Below, one piece after another: positions 45,041 through 57,096 of a stretch of DNA of 64,000 nt. Each line of letters opens with the position of its first letter. Positions within the stretch are counted from its first letter, which is position 1. This DNA comes from Schizochytrium sp. TIO01. Taxonomy: Eukaryota > Protista > Bigyra: Labyrinthulomycetes. The translations under genes and the position numbers were made by a program. The notes under the pieces were generated by a model. That model saw nothing but the letters and a program-made list of their open reading frames with translations, did no database searches and was not told the origin of the DNA. The stretch covers positions 186,001-250,000 of the forward strand of contig SMSO01000035.1 of the NCBI GenBank assembly GCA_004764695.1. The letters run 5' to 3'.

Positions 45041-45692
45041 AAAAACAAGAGCTTTGCAGGAGAATCAGAGCAGTAGGAGCAAAGGACGTCTCCTTCAAAA
45101 GTCCTTTTCTCCAGCTACCTAGGTTCCTCATCGCCACGAGCTATACCCTCAGGAGTTCCAACACGTGAATAAGATGCAGCACCTCAATTCGGAGATGGCC
45201 ATCGCCACGAGGTCTTTCGACAGCTCTGGCTTTCTCACCTGAGTCATCCTAGGAGTCACTAACAGTCAGCTACCACCTTCTGCTTTCTTCCCTCTATACT
45301 TTTGGCAGCTTGAGCAGCTGGAAACTGTAAGTAGCACCGCCTATGTGATTACTAGGCTACCTGACCAGTAGGATAGTGCTATGCAGGCGCCTAGGTAAAT
45401 AGCTCTTATTCGATTGGCGAGCCAACCGGAAGGGGCTAGTACTAGTTAGGCAGTGCTAGCTCCCAGTGTGTAAGTGAGCGCTATGGTTTAGGGTAGGAAA
45501 AGAGGCTAGCTCAGGGCTCCTTGAAAAACTCCCCAAAGTCGCTCATGATCAGGGTCTTCCTCGCCGCTGTTCTCCTGCTGAAGCTTTGTACTGCCCACTG
45601 GGTGCCTGGTCTTTTGGCTACACCGCTGCGATGCTGTTGCCGATAATCACAACATCCTGGCCTGTTCCTGATCTGGTTTCGAGTGAAAGAGC

Positions 45693-45693
<1 letters not shown>

Positions 45694-45759
<66 letters not shown>
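45694..45759. repeat. (CAG)22 microsatellite
   Basis: Read directly from the sequence. Confidence 0.97.
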
Positions 45760-45760
<1 letters not shown>

Positions 45761-45772
45761 TGTAGCAGCCTA

Positions 45773-45898
45773 TTAGCCAAACTTGGCTTCAAGCTTTGCA
45801 ATTCTTTTGATGAGGCCATCATCGTAGATAGATTCAACGTTAGCTGCGTGAAAATAGTTGAAGGGAGCAGCGCGTGGGGTGACTCGGGATTCATGCAT
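45773..45898 (-). CDS. Candidate 41-aa microprotein MHESRVTPRAAPFNYFHAANVESIYDDGLIKRIAKLEAKFG
   Basis: ACAATG start context, in-frame upstream stop, gene-like codons (CTC, ATC, AAG, GCC, GGC) and an amphipathic-looking C-terminus; no recognised homology. Confidence 0.3.
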   Translation of the reverse strand: MHESRVTPRAAPFNYFHAANVESIYDDGLIKRIAKLEAKFG

Positions 45899-45959
45899 TG
45901 TGGAAGACGCAGAAGGGGTGAAGAAAGCCCGCAGAGTTATTTGCGAGCATCAATCTGGG

Positions 45960-46004
45960 TTAGGTTAGGTTAGGTTAGGTTAGGTTAGGTTAGGTTAGGT
46001 TAGG
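45960..46004. repeat. (TTAGG)9 telomere-like interstitial repeat
   Basis: Nine perfect TTAGG units. Confidence 0.93.
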
Positions 46005-47511
46005 TTAATCGACTGACTCTGACTAATAAGGAAAGCTTTGCGCGCCAAACTCCATCAGAGGTACTGTGTGATTCCTTTGGCTTGAGTTAGTTATGAACTA
46101 GCGAGACTGATCGTATGCTACAAATGATGGCTAGTTACGCTTTGGCGCTTTCGGGCACAGCTTTAGCACCGCCTCAGTGAAATCGCTAACTGTACTTTGG
46201 TACGACGCAATACGTAAGAAAGCATACACGGTCTAGCACTATTTCTAGCGTCTGGTTTTGATGTGAGAGGCGTACCGCAAACGCATGAATCCCATACGCG
46301 AAAGCCTCTACTGGCACTGACGTCCAGAGAAGATTAGAAGATTTTCTCTCCGCCATTTCTATGCAGAGGCAAGCGCAAATCTGGCGTGCTGGCGTCCTCT
46401 TCGGCATTCCAGACCACGGTCCATGCAACTGCAAGTTCAAGTTCATGTTCACCAGGCAGGTGAACAAATAAATAAACAAGTAGATAGGTACCTGAGTCCG
46501 TTGGATAACTTGTGAAAATGCAGTTTTGGAAGCCCATCGCCGTGGGTAAATGAGGTTTTCCTTGAGCCTGATTATTCATTCTTGCCAGCTCATTAGCTAG
46601 CTTGCTTTTGCCTGGCACAGTTCAAGCCAAACAAGCAAGCAAGCCTTCATTATCGCTTATTACAAAGTAGTAGACACCAGAGTGAAGCATTTCCTGTCAA
46701 AGAAGAATGGAGTTCTTCTTCTGCTTCGTGTTCTTCTTCGTAGTATGGCTGCCTACGGGATTCCGTCGCAAGACAAAGAAGTAAGTTGCTGCAACTCGTG
46801 TCAGTGTCAGTTCTGGTTCCTTCAGAGGTGTCAGCCACAAAGTTCCAGGTACCTGCTTTGTGGGTTCTATCTACAACGCAGCGAGTTAGTTATCTTTCTT
46901 TTGCTCCTCTCTAGAGCTAGAGCTGTCAGGTTTGCCAACTAGCGCGTATTCATTCATTCATTCCTTCATTCATTCTGCATTCGACTTCTTGAGTTTCGCA
47001 AAAGCTGAGCTTTGCCAAACTAGAAGCTCTTCAAGGGATTCATCCGCCCGCTGGTTCAAGAGTTCAACAGCTCGAGCGACTATTACAAACGGATGTCCGG
47101 GACCGTGTGGTCTTCTTCGCGCATTGAACACAGTGCGATTTCTGCACCAAACTTTGGTTGCATCTTTCTCCTCAGTTTCGCCACCACCTCAATACGCCCA
47201 TTCAACTAACTACGCACCACCACACACTGCACAATAAGTAACAGGCAGAAGACACCCGCTCTTCATCCAAGTCTTACCCTGTGCATCGATGACGTATGTA
47301 TGTATGTATTCATTTGCAATCGATGCGTTCCCCGATTACAACCACACAACTTCAGCCTTGGGTGCGCATTGAATTGATTGCATTACATTACATTTAAGTA
47401 ATAAGTAAGTAAGTAAGTAAGTAAGTAGGTAAGTGAGTAATTAGGTAAGTACCCAGCTCTCTGCACTTGCTCTTTTCGTTGTTTTCTCTGTCACTGTTCC
47501 TATTGTTTCCA

Positions 47512-47565
47512 ATTATTGCCCCCGTTATTATTGCTCCCGTTATTATTGCTCCCGTTATTATTGCT

Positions 47566-47628
<63 letters not shown>

Positions 47629-47629
47629 G
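47512..47629. repeat. 15-bp unit x3 (TTATTGCYCCCGTTA) followed by (TTG)21
   Basis: Read directly from the sequence; (TTG)21 spans 47567-47629. Confidence 0.92.
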
Positions 47630-48748
47630 CCATTCGCTCTTAGGCCTTTCGCTACGACACGGCTACCGTGACGACAGCTCTCCGCTCCTTACAGAAGCCC
47701 TTTCAAAGTCATGCGTTGAGTTTAGTTGGTTACAAAAGCGAGTTTGCTCACTTCGTCTACCATCAAATATTTGATAGCGGCGCTAAAAGAACACCTTTTA
47801 GGATTGCTTTTTGTTTTCTTTCTTTCTTTGTTTTCTTTCTTTCTGTGAGATTATCGAAGAGTAGCGGCGAAAGCGGAAAGACTGAAGAAGAAGAAGAAGA
47901 AGAACTTGAACAAGTTGGAGCTTTCTGCTGTGGCTGAGGCCGTGGCATGTGGCCTTTGCACTTGCGGACGGTGGCAATTAGGCACCAAATGAAGGTGCAC
48001 CAAAGGTGTCAATGCGGTGTTCTTCGACGCAGCTGCTGCAACTAACTTCGAGTGAGTGACGGACACGCACAGAAAAATTATAAAGACCGTCTCTTGAATA
48101 AGCCTTCTGTTGTAGGTTCCTTTGCTTTGTTTTGATTTACTTTGCTTTACTTTGCATTCCCTACAAAACAGGCCTTCAAAACAGGGCCAACCATTTATTT
48201 AATTAAATGCCGAGGTCCCTTTTCTCTCTCGATTCCCATCACTTTCTTCGAGTTTTGGGTAAAGTGAAAAGTGCGAAGGACCTTTAAAAAAACACCAGAG
48301 AGCTATTTTAATTTTATGACTATAGTTATCGCGTATCACATATAGCAACGAGTTACGATTAATTTTCGAATTAAAATAATAAACGAAACAAGGACTTCTT
48401 ATTAAAAAAATTAAAATAAAAAATTAATTATTAATTTTAGTGTTTCATTAATAATACAATTTAAAAATCTTCTAATTAATTAAACAAACAAACAAGGAAA
48501 ACTGAGGCAGCGCTCCCTGAATAATTCCGAAAACTCACACTAATTTGTGGCACGCGACATTCTAGTTTCATCAACTTCGACGACTCCGACAGCCTAGTCC
48601 GGATTCGAGCCCTTACAAGTTCGCACTTGGTCGATCAGAGCCTGGAAATCCTTGCTCTTGGCCGACATGTTCTTCGATTCACCACGGCTCCTGGATAACC
48701 CGATCGACGCAACAGCAAATTATGAAGAAGAAGAAGAAGATTTAGCAA

Positions 48749-48872
48749 GTATGTATGTATGTATGTATGTATGTATGTATGTATGTATGTATGTATGTAT
48801 GTATGTATGTATGTATGTATGTATGTATGTATGTATGTATGTATGTATGTATGTATGTATGTATGTATGTAT
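48749..48872. repeat. (GTAT)31 microsatellite
   Basis: Read directly from the sequence. Confidence 0.97.
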
Positions 48873-51810
48873 GCGCTTCTCTGTAATATACATTCTGTGG
48901 AGAAAAGGGTGTGCGAAAAGACAGCCGATCAGTGGCATCGAAAGAGGTGGAAGGATGGAGATATCAGATTGCACAGTCTCGGAATGAACGAATGACTTAT
49001 TGAACGAATGATTGCATGAACAAATGTATGTCTGTATGGATGGATGAATGAATGAATGAATGAACGAATGCGTGAGTGAATACTTTTTTCCGTCGCTTCC
49101 TTGACGCGACCCCTTCGTCGCAATCTGCGCTTAGTATTGACCTATTGCTCCTGCGACACGTAGGGACAAGTACGAGACGCACGATGATCTAGCGAGCCTC
49201 GGGCTCCAAGCTTCGCAGGTCCCGACCTCTGTGGACGAGCGAACTTTGGTCAGGCTCGGCCTGCTATTTTCATGTCAATATAATTAATGCCGAGCTGGGC
49301 ACCATCATGTGAAGTGGCCGTTAATAAATAAGGTTAGTTCGCCGCCGCCATTGTGGCTGGAGTTAATTACACATTCAGGCCAAGCTAAGCCGTAGAGGTT
49401 CGAGCTTCATCGGAGCAAAACAGCTGTGATGAGGAGCCAACTAGCTGCTTCTTGACTGGCGGACAGACTACAAACTAATTTGCCCATAAATGAATAGCCA
49501 GCCATTGTTAATGACGTGAATGTCGCTGGAGAGATGGGTTCATGCCATGTCTTGCGAGCATCTGCAAAAATTAGGCTTGGTCACGTCGATACAGAAGAAT
49601 TTGGGCAGCTTCGAGCACAAGGTTTGGAGGACACAGTCGTTTATTAAAAACAATAAATAAGAATCGAAATCGAAATTGAAATCTAAATCTAAATCTAAAT
49701 CGATTAACCAAACTAATGTAAAACTGCTGTTGATTAAAGAAGAATCAAGCTCAGAATCAACCCTAACTTTTTTGAAGCTTGAACTTGTGACAAAGAAAAG
49801 GAGACCCGGAAGTTCGTGATCTTGAGCAGGTCTGTTTTGTGGAAAGAGGAAGGGCTACACTTTTTTGTTTTTTGGTTTTATTGTTTTTTGTTTCCTTTTG
49901 ATTTTCACTTTCTTCCTTCCTTTCCTCTTTCTCAGCGGAAACTTTTGTGCTTCACTCGAGTTGGTTGCGCGAGGTTGTCGACAAAGGGGCACTATTGAGT
50001 TTCACTCTTCAGACGTCATTCGTTCCACGTTTGCAGTGACTACTCCACTGCTATTAGTGCTTAGGAGAACAGTCTTTCTTTCTCTCTTCAAAACTAAACA
50101 AGGCATTCGCCTTACAAAATGGAGGAGAAGCTTTTATTTTTATTCGTGAAAAAATAACAATAACAGAAAAGGAAAAGAACTTTATGTATTGCAATAAATA
50201 TGATGACACTTGTTAAGAATAGCTAGTCTGTTTTACATACTATTTTTAAAATTAATAAAATATAAAACTTTAATTCAAGTAGAAAAAGCATTAAAATATT
50301 AATAATAGGAGTAATAATAATTATGATAAAATTCGAAGTTTTAGTTTGTTCCTGGCTAGTTTCCCTGTTGAGCCAGGCTTAGCTTCTTTGCCTTTGTTTG
50401 CATTGTTTTGACTTTTGTTTCGCCTTGTTTTGCCTTTTGTTTCGCCTTGTTTTGCATTATTCTGCTCCATCACCTCAAAACCAGGACTTTTGCATTGTAT
50501 GTATCGTCATTCGTTCGAACGGCAATCGAATTGCAATGCGATCCGTCGCTAATAATCCTCAGATGGGCCCAAGGATTCCAGCTGCGCTGGAGTCAGCACT
50601 GTCAACGACCAACTGGAGCACTCAACTCATGGGGATATGTAGATCCGTACGTGAATGTGTGTCAGATGGCTGTCTTTTGAGAAGAAGTGAAGTGGTCGTC
50701 GACCTTGTCAACGATGATGGTCCTGCTTTTGGCATCGTGAGAGACCTCGTGAGTTCTACTGGTCTCTCCAGCAGCTAATTGGCAGAATCAGCAGCGCCAC
50801 TAATTCTTCGCTCGAAGTCCTGAATCACAGCAAATCTAGCTACTAGTAGGCACCAGGTCTGATTCTGCCAGCGCGATTCATTCGCTGCCTTCGGTGTTTA
50901 GGGCGAGCACGCTGCCCACGAGGTCTAAGCAAGCAAGCTACAGTTGCTCTGATGCACGAAGAGGAATCCACCTTCAAGGTGGCTGGACAAGCTTTCCAAC
51001 GGTTTCGGAGCTGCCACGGCACTCGCTGATCATCGGTCGTTCTCAGGTGGCGCATAGGTCTGAGTTTGTACATTCCTAGGTACCCAATCGTGATGATGAT
51101 GTACAAGGACCAGTTCACACCAATTCCTGCCCCTCGTTCAAGACGTGAGCACCGCCATCCATCCAGTGCGAGCTCGTTCCTTCATCTTCTGCTCAACTGC
51201 TCGCTGGCACTCTCGCGCTGCTGGCTGCCTGCCTGGGAAGTCCACGCGAGGTCCATCTCGGCGAGCGAGCTACCGACGCAAAGGTCGAACCTGTTCACCT
51301 CCTCCTGCCAACTCATCGCTTGCTAGCTCGTTTGGGCTCTTTGTCGCTGCCGCTTCCTTCCACAGGCATATTCCTCAAGCAAGACCCAGGCGCCTCAGCT
51401 CTTCTTCCTCCACCCAGGCCAAGTCGCCGCCTCGCGATGTTTCCAGCTCTCGCGAGCCGTCACAAGTTCTCAGCGCAGTGCTTGCGTGGTCTGTCTCCAA
51501 CTCCGGCAAAACGATGCTGCCGACCAACGAAGAGATAGATGGATCGATGGATCGATGGATCGAGAGCTGTCTACTATCTATCTGTACGTTGAAGAGTATG
51601 CGACCCTATATAATCGATCAATCAATCGATCCACGGTCAACAGTCAAAGCGCTCTGAGGGTGAGTGAGCGAGTGAGCGAGCGAGCGACAGAGCCAGTTAC
51701 GGGCGAGGTCCAGCTGGAGCTGATGCATTTTGCAGGCAGCGTGCTTGTGTCTTCCACCACCACCACCGCCGCGCGCGCGGGAACTGACTGAGTGAGTGAG
51801 TGAGTGAGTT

Positions 51811-51842
51811 AGCAAATGAGCAAATGAGCAAATGAGCAAATG
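51811..51842. repeat. (AGCAAATG)4 octamer repeat following (GAGT)n
   Basis: Read directly from the sequence. Confidence 0.9.
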
Positions 51843-52680
51843 AGCGAGCAGCTGAGCTGCTCAGCCGGGTCAAGCTGGCAAGGCAGCCAGCCCCGAGACG
51901 GTGGTGACGTTCATGCAGAAGAGGACTTCGGGCCGAACTCGGGACTAGCAGGGCCCTCGCGGCTGGCCGGCCAGCCTGAGTTTAGGGCAGGTTTGAGTGC
52001 TTTCGTGACACGAGTTGCGCATCATCTCGCGCAGAGGAGTCACACCGCTGATCCCAGAATTTATAATAATAATAATAATTATTATTATTGTTAAAGTAAA
52101 TAATTAAAATGTTATTTTTAATTGTTTATTAAAAACAAACAACATGAAAGCAACAGCAAAGCAGAAGAACAGAGTTATCAAACGGAAGTTACAGGAAGCT
52201 CTTTCGAAAGTGTTTACATATCATATTTATCTCGTTCTATTTTGTAAGATGGATAGATAAATGAAATGTATATCTCTATTCATTTACAAATAATGAATGA
52301 TAAACAATAAACAATAAAAACCTTCACCTTCACCTTCACAGACTTTGTCACTCCATTTCTTTGCCATGAACTGAGTGATTCTCTGTGCTACACCAATTCG
52401 CGCGTTCGAAGTTGTGAAAGATCCTCCTGCACGAAGCTTGTCACGGTCAGGCTTTGTCTGAGACTGACAAAAAGCTTGTTTTCCTCGACGAGCTGTGCCC
52501 CGAGTTCAGATCAAAGCTTTGGGCGGCCTCAGTTCGATGTATGTTTCCCGCGACTTTAATAATTCTTCTCTTCTTCTTCTTTTTGTGCGTGTGTTTTCAA
52601 GTTACGTTTATGTATTGGTAGAAAGCTTGAATAAAAAGAAAAGAAAAGAAAAGAAAAAAAACCACTAAAATAAAAGAATG

Positions 52681-52682
52681 GA

Positions 52683-52728
<46 letters not shown>
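52681..52728. repeat. (GAAA)12 microsatellite
   Basis: Read directly from the sequence. Confidence 0.95.
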
Positions 52729-52730
<2 letters not shown>

Positions 52731-53566
52731 CATGTCCGTCGTAAGCTGACGCAAATTTATATAAATTACAATGAGCGAAAGAGAGAGAGAAAGAGAAATG
52801 AAAAGAAAAAAATAGAACTACTGCTGCCTCATTAATGGAAATGAGAATCAAAATCGAAGCGAATTTTCAGGTTTCTTCTCGCGAGTCGAGCAACCGCAGA
52901 ACGTACGAGCTGCGCGTTGTACTGCTCAGATGGATGAGCCCGGCGACGTTGCGAATGATCAAAGACTCGCACAGACATCGTCGTTTGACGTGGATTGCTT
53001 TATTTGCCTCATGTCTGCTGCGTCTCGTGGTGCGTCGCTAGCCACACCTCGAAATGCCTTCGACAGATTCACCATAAATGATATGAAAAGGGTGTGTTCC
53101 AAACAATAAATAACTCGTGCAAGTCGTTCGGAACGTGTGCTTCGAGACCTCTTATATGAATTCGCTTGATTCATATTTCAATTACTCAATTAATCCATCC
53201 ATATGTACATACAAACCAAGCGCTTGATTCCCAAACCTTTTGACTTGATGCTTTTGCGTGATTTTAGATTATAGAAACAACCTATCGCAGCCGCTGATGA
53301 TGGAGCCAAGAATCTGATTTCTAACACGCTGCTGTGGCCTCTTATTATTCGTAATCAATCACTTGAAAGAAGGAAAGTTAAACTTTCTGTGGAGACTTCT
53401 TTCGTAAACGTGAGAATTACGTGAGCCCGAGAATTCATGCCTCGCGACCCGAATTACGGATGGTAACATGCAAACTGCAATGCGCTCTTTTCAGGAGGCA
53501 AGAATCAAGCGACGCACACATGAACAAAAAACAAAGAATCAACCAACCAACCAAACAAATAACAAC

Positions 53567-53687
53567 AAACAAACAAACAAACAAACAAACAAACAAACAA
53601 ACAAACAAACAAACAAACAAACAAACAAACAAACAAACAAACAAACAAACAAACAAACAAACAAATGAATGAATGAATGAATGAATG
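53567..53687. repeat. (AAAC)24 followed by (GAAT)n
   Basis: Read directly from the sequence. Confidence 0.95.
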
Positions 53688-55656
53688 AAGGAATGAATGC
53701 ATCTTCAAGTTTATCAGCCAGCCACACAACATCAGCAGCAGAACATCCCTCAGATTCTCATGCATGCCAAGATTTACAAAGTAGATGTGTGCGATTGTGT
53801 GTGCTGCTGCGTCTCAATCGATCTCCACATCGCATCCACCGCCAAGCCAGAACGAAGAAGAACTTGCTTGACCTCGAGCTTGAAGGATCGGCAAAAGTAG
53901 TAAAAGTAGTCTTTGCATTTTACAAGTTCAACCCGTGTCGATTCCAGACCTCCCTATCTCGCTTGCCAATTCCTTCGAGACGATGTTCACAAACCAAGAA
54001 ACCTACGCACGATGAAGGCAAGAGCTGAGCTGTTCCACCTCGAGCGGGATTAGCTCCACCGCGACCCGGCTCCAGTCGGAAGGGCACAGGGTGTGCACTG
54101 ACGGGTCTTTACATTCGCTTAGCCATCTCGAAAGCCTCAGTTCAGGTCGTCGCTGCCGATCCCTCCATCCCTCGCTCGAGGTCTCCCAGAGAGACTCCAC
54201 GCCCGCCAACCAGAGCAGTCCTCGCCAGCCAAGCGCCTTCGACCCTCTCAGAGATGGGCGGCACTGCATTCATTCGGACTGATTGGTTCATGTGCAGAAG
54301 AACTCCTCCATCGTTGTCATCATCAACAGCAGCAGCGACAGCGACAGCGGCATCGACAACGGCAACAAACAGCAAGACGGCAGCATGGGTGTATGTATGG
54401 AAGGAAACCTCTCTGATGAGTTGTTGCAGAATACAATCCAGCCCGGTGCCACAGAGCCGTCGCGCGCGGCACATGCAAACGAGCTCAAGGTGGGTGTCGG
54501 CTGCGAGATTGCATCGATTCTGTCACCCAGATCGCGGAGCATCGAATTTGCAAACCTCAGGTCGAAAGATCGCTCAGAGAGTGCGTCAATGAATGAGTGA
54601 GTCAATGAATGGATGAATGAATCTATCAATAAATCAATGAATCAATGAATCAATGAATGAATGAGTGAATGAGTGAAAGGGTGTGCGACAGAATAGATCG
54701 TGGAACAGTCTTTTCTCTTTTCAGGGAGCCGAGGCCAGCCAGGTAGGGCTGTCTACCGCAAACGATACACACAGTTGTCATCGCGTGCGTGCGGGGGGTG
54801 TGCGACGATGATGATGCTGATCGTTTTTATGATCGGCAAAGCCTTCGTTCGCGACTCAGATAAAGGCGCCGCGGTGGCGCGAGAAAGGCGAAACAAGCTA
54901 GCTGGCGAGAAGCGATTCATAAAGCGGCTCACTGGAAGCGAAGATGTAAACTTCCTCGATCACGTGAAACTCGTGAAACTCGTGGAAAACCACGAAGAGC
55001 GCAATCAAATCAAATGCATGTATAGATGCCGCTTTATGTCTGCTTCGGAGGCTCCTTAGCGATCCAGAGCTTAGTTAAGTATCAACTGACCCGGAAGTAG
55101 CATTAGGTACTTCGGTAGGATACCAGTAGGATAGTTATGGATTTGTTTATCTATTTATTTATCTATTTGTCATTTGTAATATAAATAAATAAATAATTAA
55201 ATAAATAAATAATTAAATACATAAATAATTAAATACATAAATACATAAATAGATTAGCCAAAAGTAAGAATGTTTCGAAATGCTGGGTAGCAAGATCTTT
55301 GGCATCGAAACTCAGTCAAATCAAGCGTTCCAGACAATGCATAGATATATGCAGCTCCTTCAACTTGAGGCCTTCTTCTCCATCATGTTCTTCTTCTGAA
55401 CTCGCCCTTCCTCGTCTCATCTCTGTTCGCTTCTACAAAGTTTATTTATTTATATTTCGATTCATTCCTGTGCCAGAAGGAAAGAAAGAGAGAAAGAGAG
55501 AGAAAGAAAGAAGGAAAGAAAGAAAGAGCGTGAGATGGCGCCTTTTGTTTCGCAGCAAGCGAAAGTGTTCCTTCTTCTTCTTTGCTGATTTCTGAGAGGC
55601 CCTCTGTTCAACCAGCAAAGGCCCAGAAAGACAGACAACCAGCTACGTGTGCGACG

Positions 55657-55659
<3 letters not shown>

Positions 55660-55689
<30 letters not shown>
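55660..55689. repeat. (AG)15 microsatellite
   Basis: Read directly from the sequence. Confidence 0.95.
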
Positions 55690-55690
<1 letters not shown>

Positions 55691-57044
55691 CAGAGAGAGA
55701 TTGAGGTTCCCAGCTCGATCTGTAGCGGGCAGGTCGTTTCCGGGCGGGTCCTTTCTTCTCCCTGCTTTTGTAAACATGCAGCTTTTGGCGAGTTGAGCAA
55801 GTTTTTTGTTACAATTATTATTTGGAATCATGGGTTTGCAGAGAAGAAATGAAAGTTGGAATCGTCGATTTTTTTATTTTTTTAAAATTAAAAACTAAAC
55901 ATGATCGATTTTGATTGCCGTCGTTGAAGAAAACAATAGTAATGACCTACCTACCCGAAAGGGTGATCGATGAGTTCCAACTGTTTTCCATAAGGAAAGA
56001 AGCTAAGATAAGCTACGCTAAGCTAGTCAAACAAAAATAAAAATGATAGAGTCATGTTTCTCAAAAGATCCTTCTTTGTGCTAACATATCTAAGCTTTTC
56101 GTTTTCTTTTTCTTTTAAAACTACGTTTCACTCGACTACTACCAGCCACGGTAGAAAGGGCGCTAGAAAGAGAAACTAAAAACTATTACAGAACGATCTT
56201 TCGATTGTATTTAGTTTTTGGGATGACGACGGATTTACACGCTGCTAGAGGCAGATAGGCAGGTGCTAGTATGCGAAGCGGACTCTTTGTTACTCATCTT
56301 ATCTTACTACCGAGACAGCCGTGTCTCGGGAGCTCGATCTGCTCTGCTGGATCGACTCTGATGAATGTCTTTGTGTAGAAAGCTACACAAAGCTCCAAGT
56401 ATCTTCTTCCCGCCCAGGAAAATCTACGACTCGGACTGAAGAATACTCCAGGCACGAGGTCCTCCCCGCCTGCGAAAGCGAAATGTACGAACAAACGCAG
56501 CTTCTACGCACGTGCACATTGCGGATGGTGCCGTTCTAATCCGGCAAAGCCTTGCGGCGCTGTCTATCTACGTGTGCAGCAAACAAGACTTTAAGGCCAG
56601 TCAGTTCGTCTTTGAAAACGCCACCATACGATCGTCTTCGATTAGGAGTGAATTCACCAGCCGACTATTTCGCACATATTTCATGCGTACGTAGTTTGGC
56701 GAAGCTATCTCCAAAAATCAGATACACAGTAGTGCTGCGAACGAGGCGAAGCTTCGATCTTGGGCAGAAGCCACCCGAAAGGGGCGCGGATATGGGAGAA
56801 TCGCGTTGTGCCGTACGGATTCTTCGCTTAAGATGCCGACTGACGAAGGAGGGATGGAACTTGGTGCCGTTAGTTTGGTCTGTCTGGCGAGTTTTGTTAT
56901 TTTAGACAAATTTTTATAAATTCGACTCCATGGCGTAGATCCTTTTATTCATGAAAGGCGTTTTTGTACGCCCAGACTATTGAAAGACCCGGGCGCTTGC
57001 ACGGGCTCTTCAGCTGCAACACGCGTTACGAAGAGTAACAATCG

Positions 57045-57096
57045 CATTCATTCATTCATTCATTCATTCATTCATTCATTCATTCATTCATTCATT
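57045..57096. repeat. (CATT)13 microsatellite
   Basis: Read directly from the sequence. Confidence 0.95.

Noticed and set aside
46325-46337. CAGAGAAGATTAG match to the U6 snRNA core
   Set aside because: Lacks the leading A of ACAGAGA, the AGC triad and the following stem-loop; chance match.
48590-48620. GGCTCGAATCC on the minus strand resembling a tRNA T-loop
   Set aside because: No T-stem pairing or cloverleaf; no tRNA or rRNA genes were found in the window.
44790-53765. Track ORFs with poly-L/S/T, MYVC, FVCL or NKQT repeats
   Set aside because: Translations of microsatellites, not proteins.
54016-54600. Two adjacent same-frame ORFs separated by one TGA (possible Sec readthrough)
   Set aside because: No ATG before the TGA, low-complexity product and no redox motif or SECIS seen.
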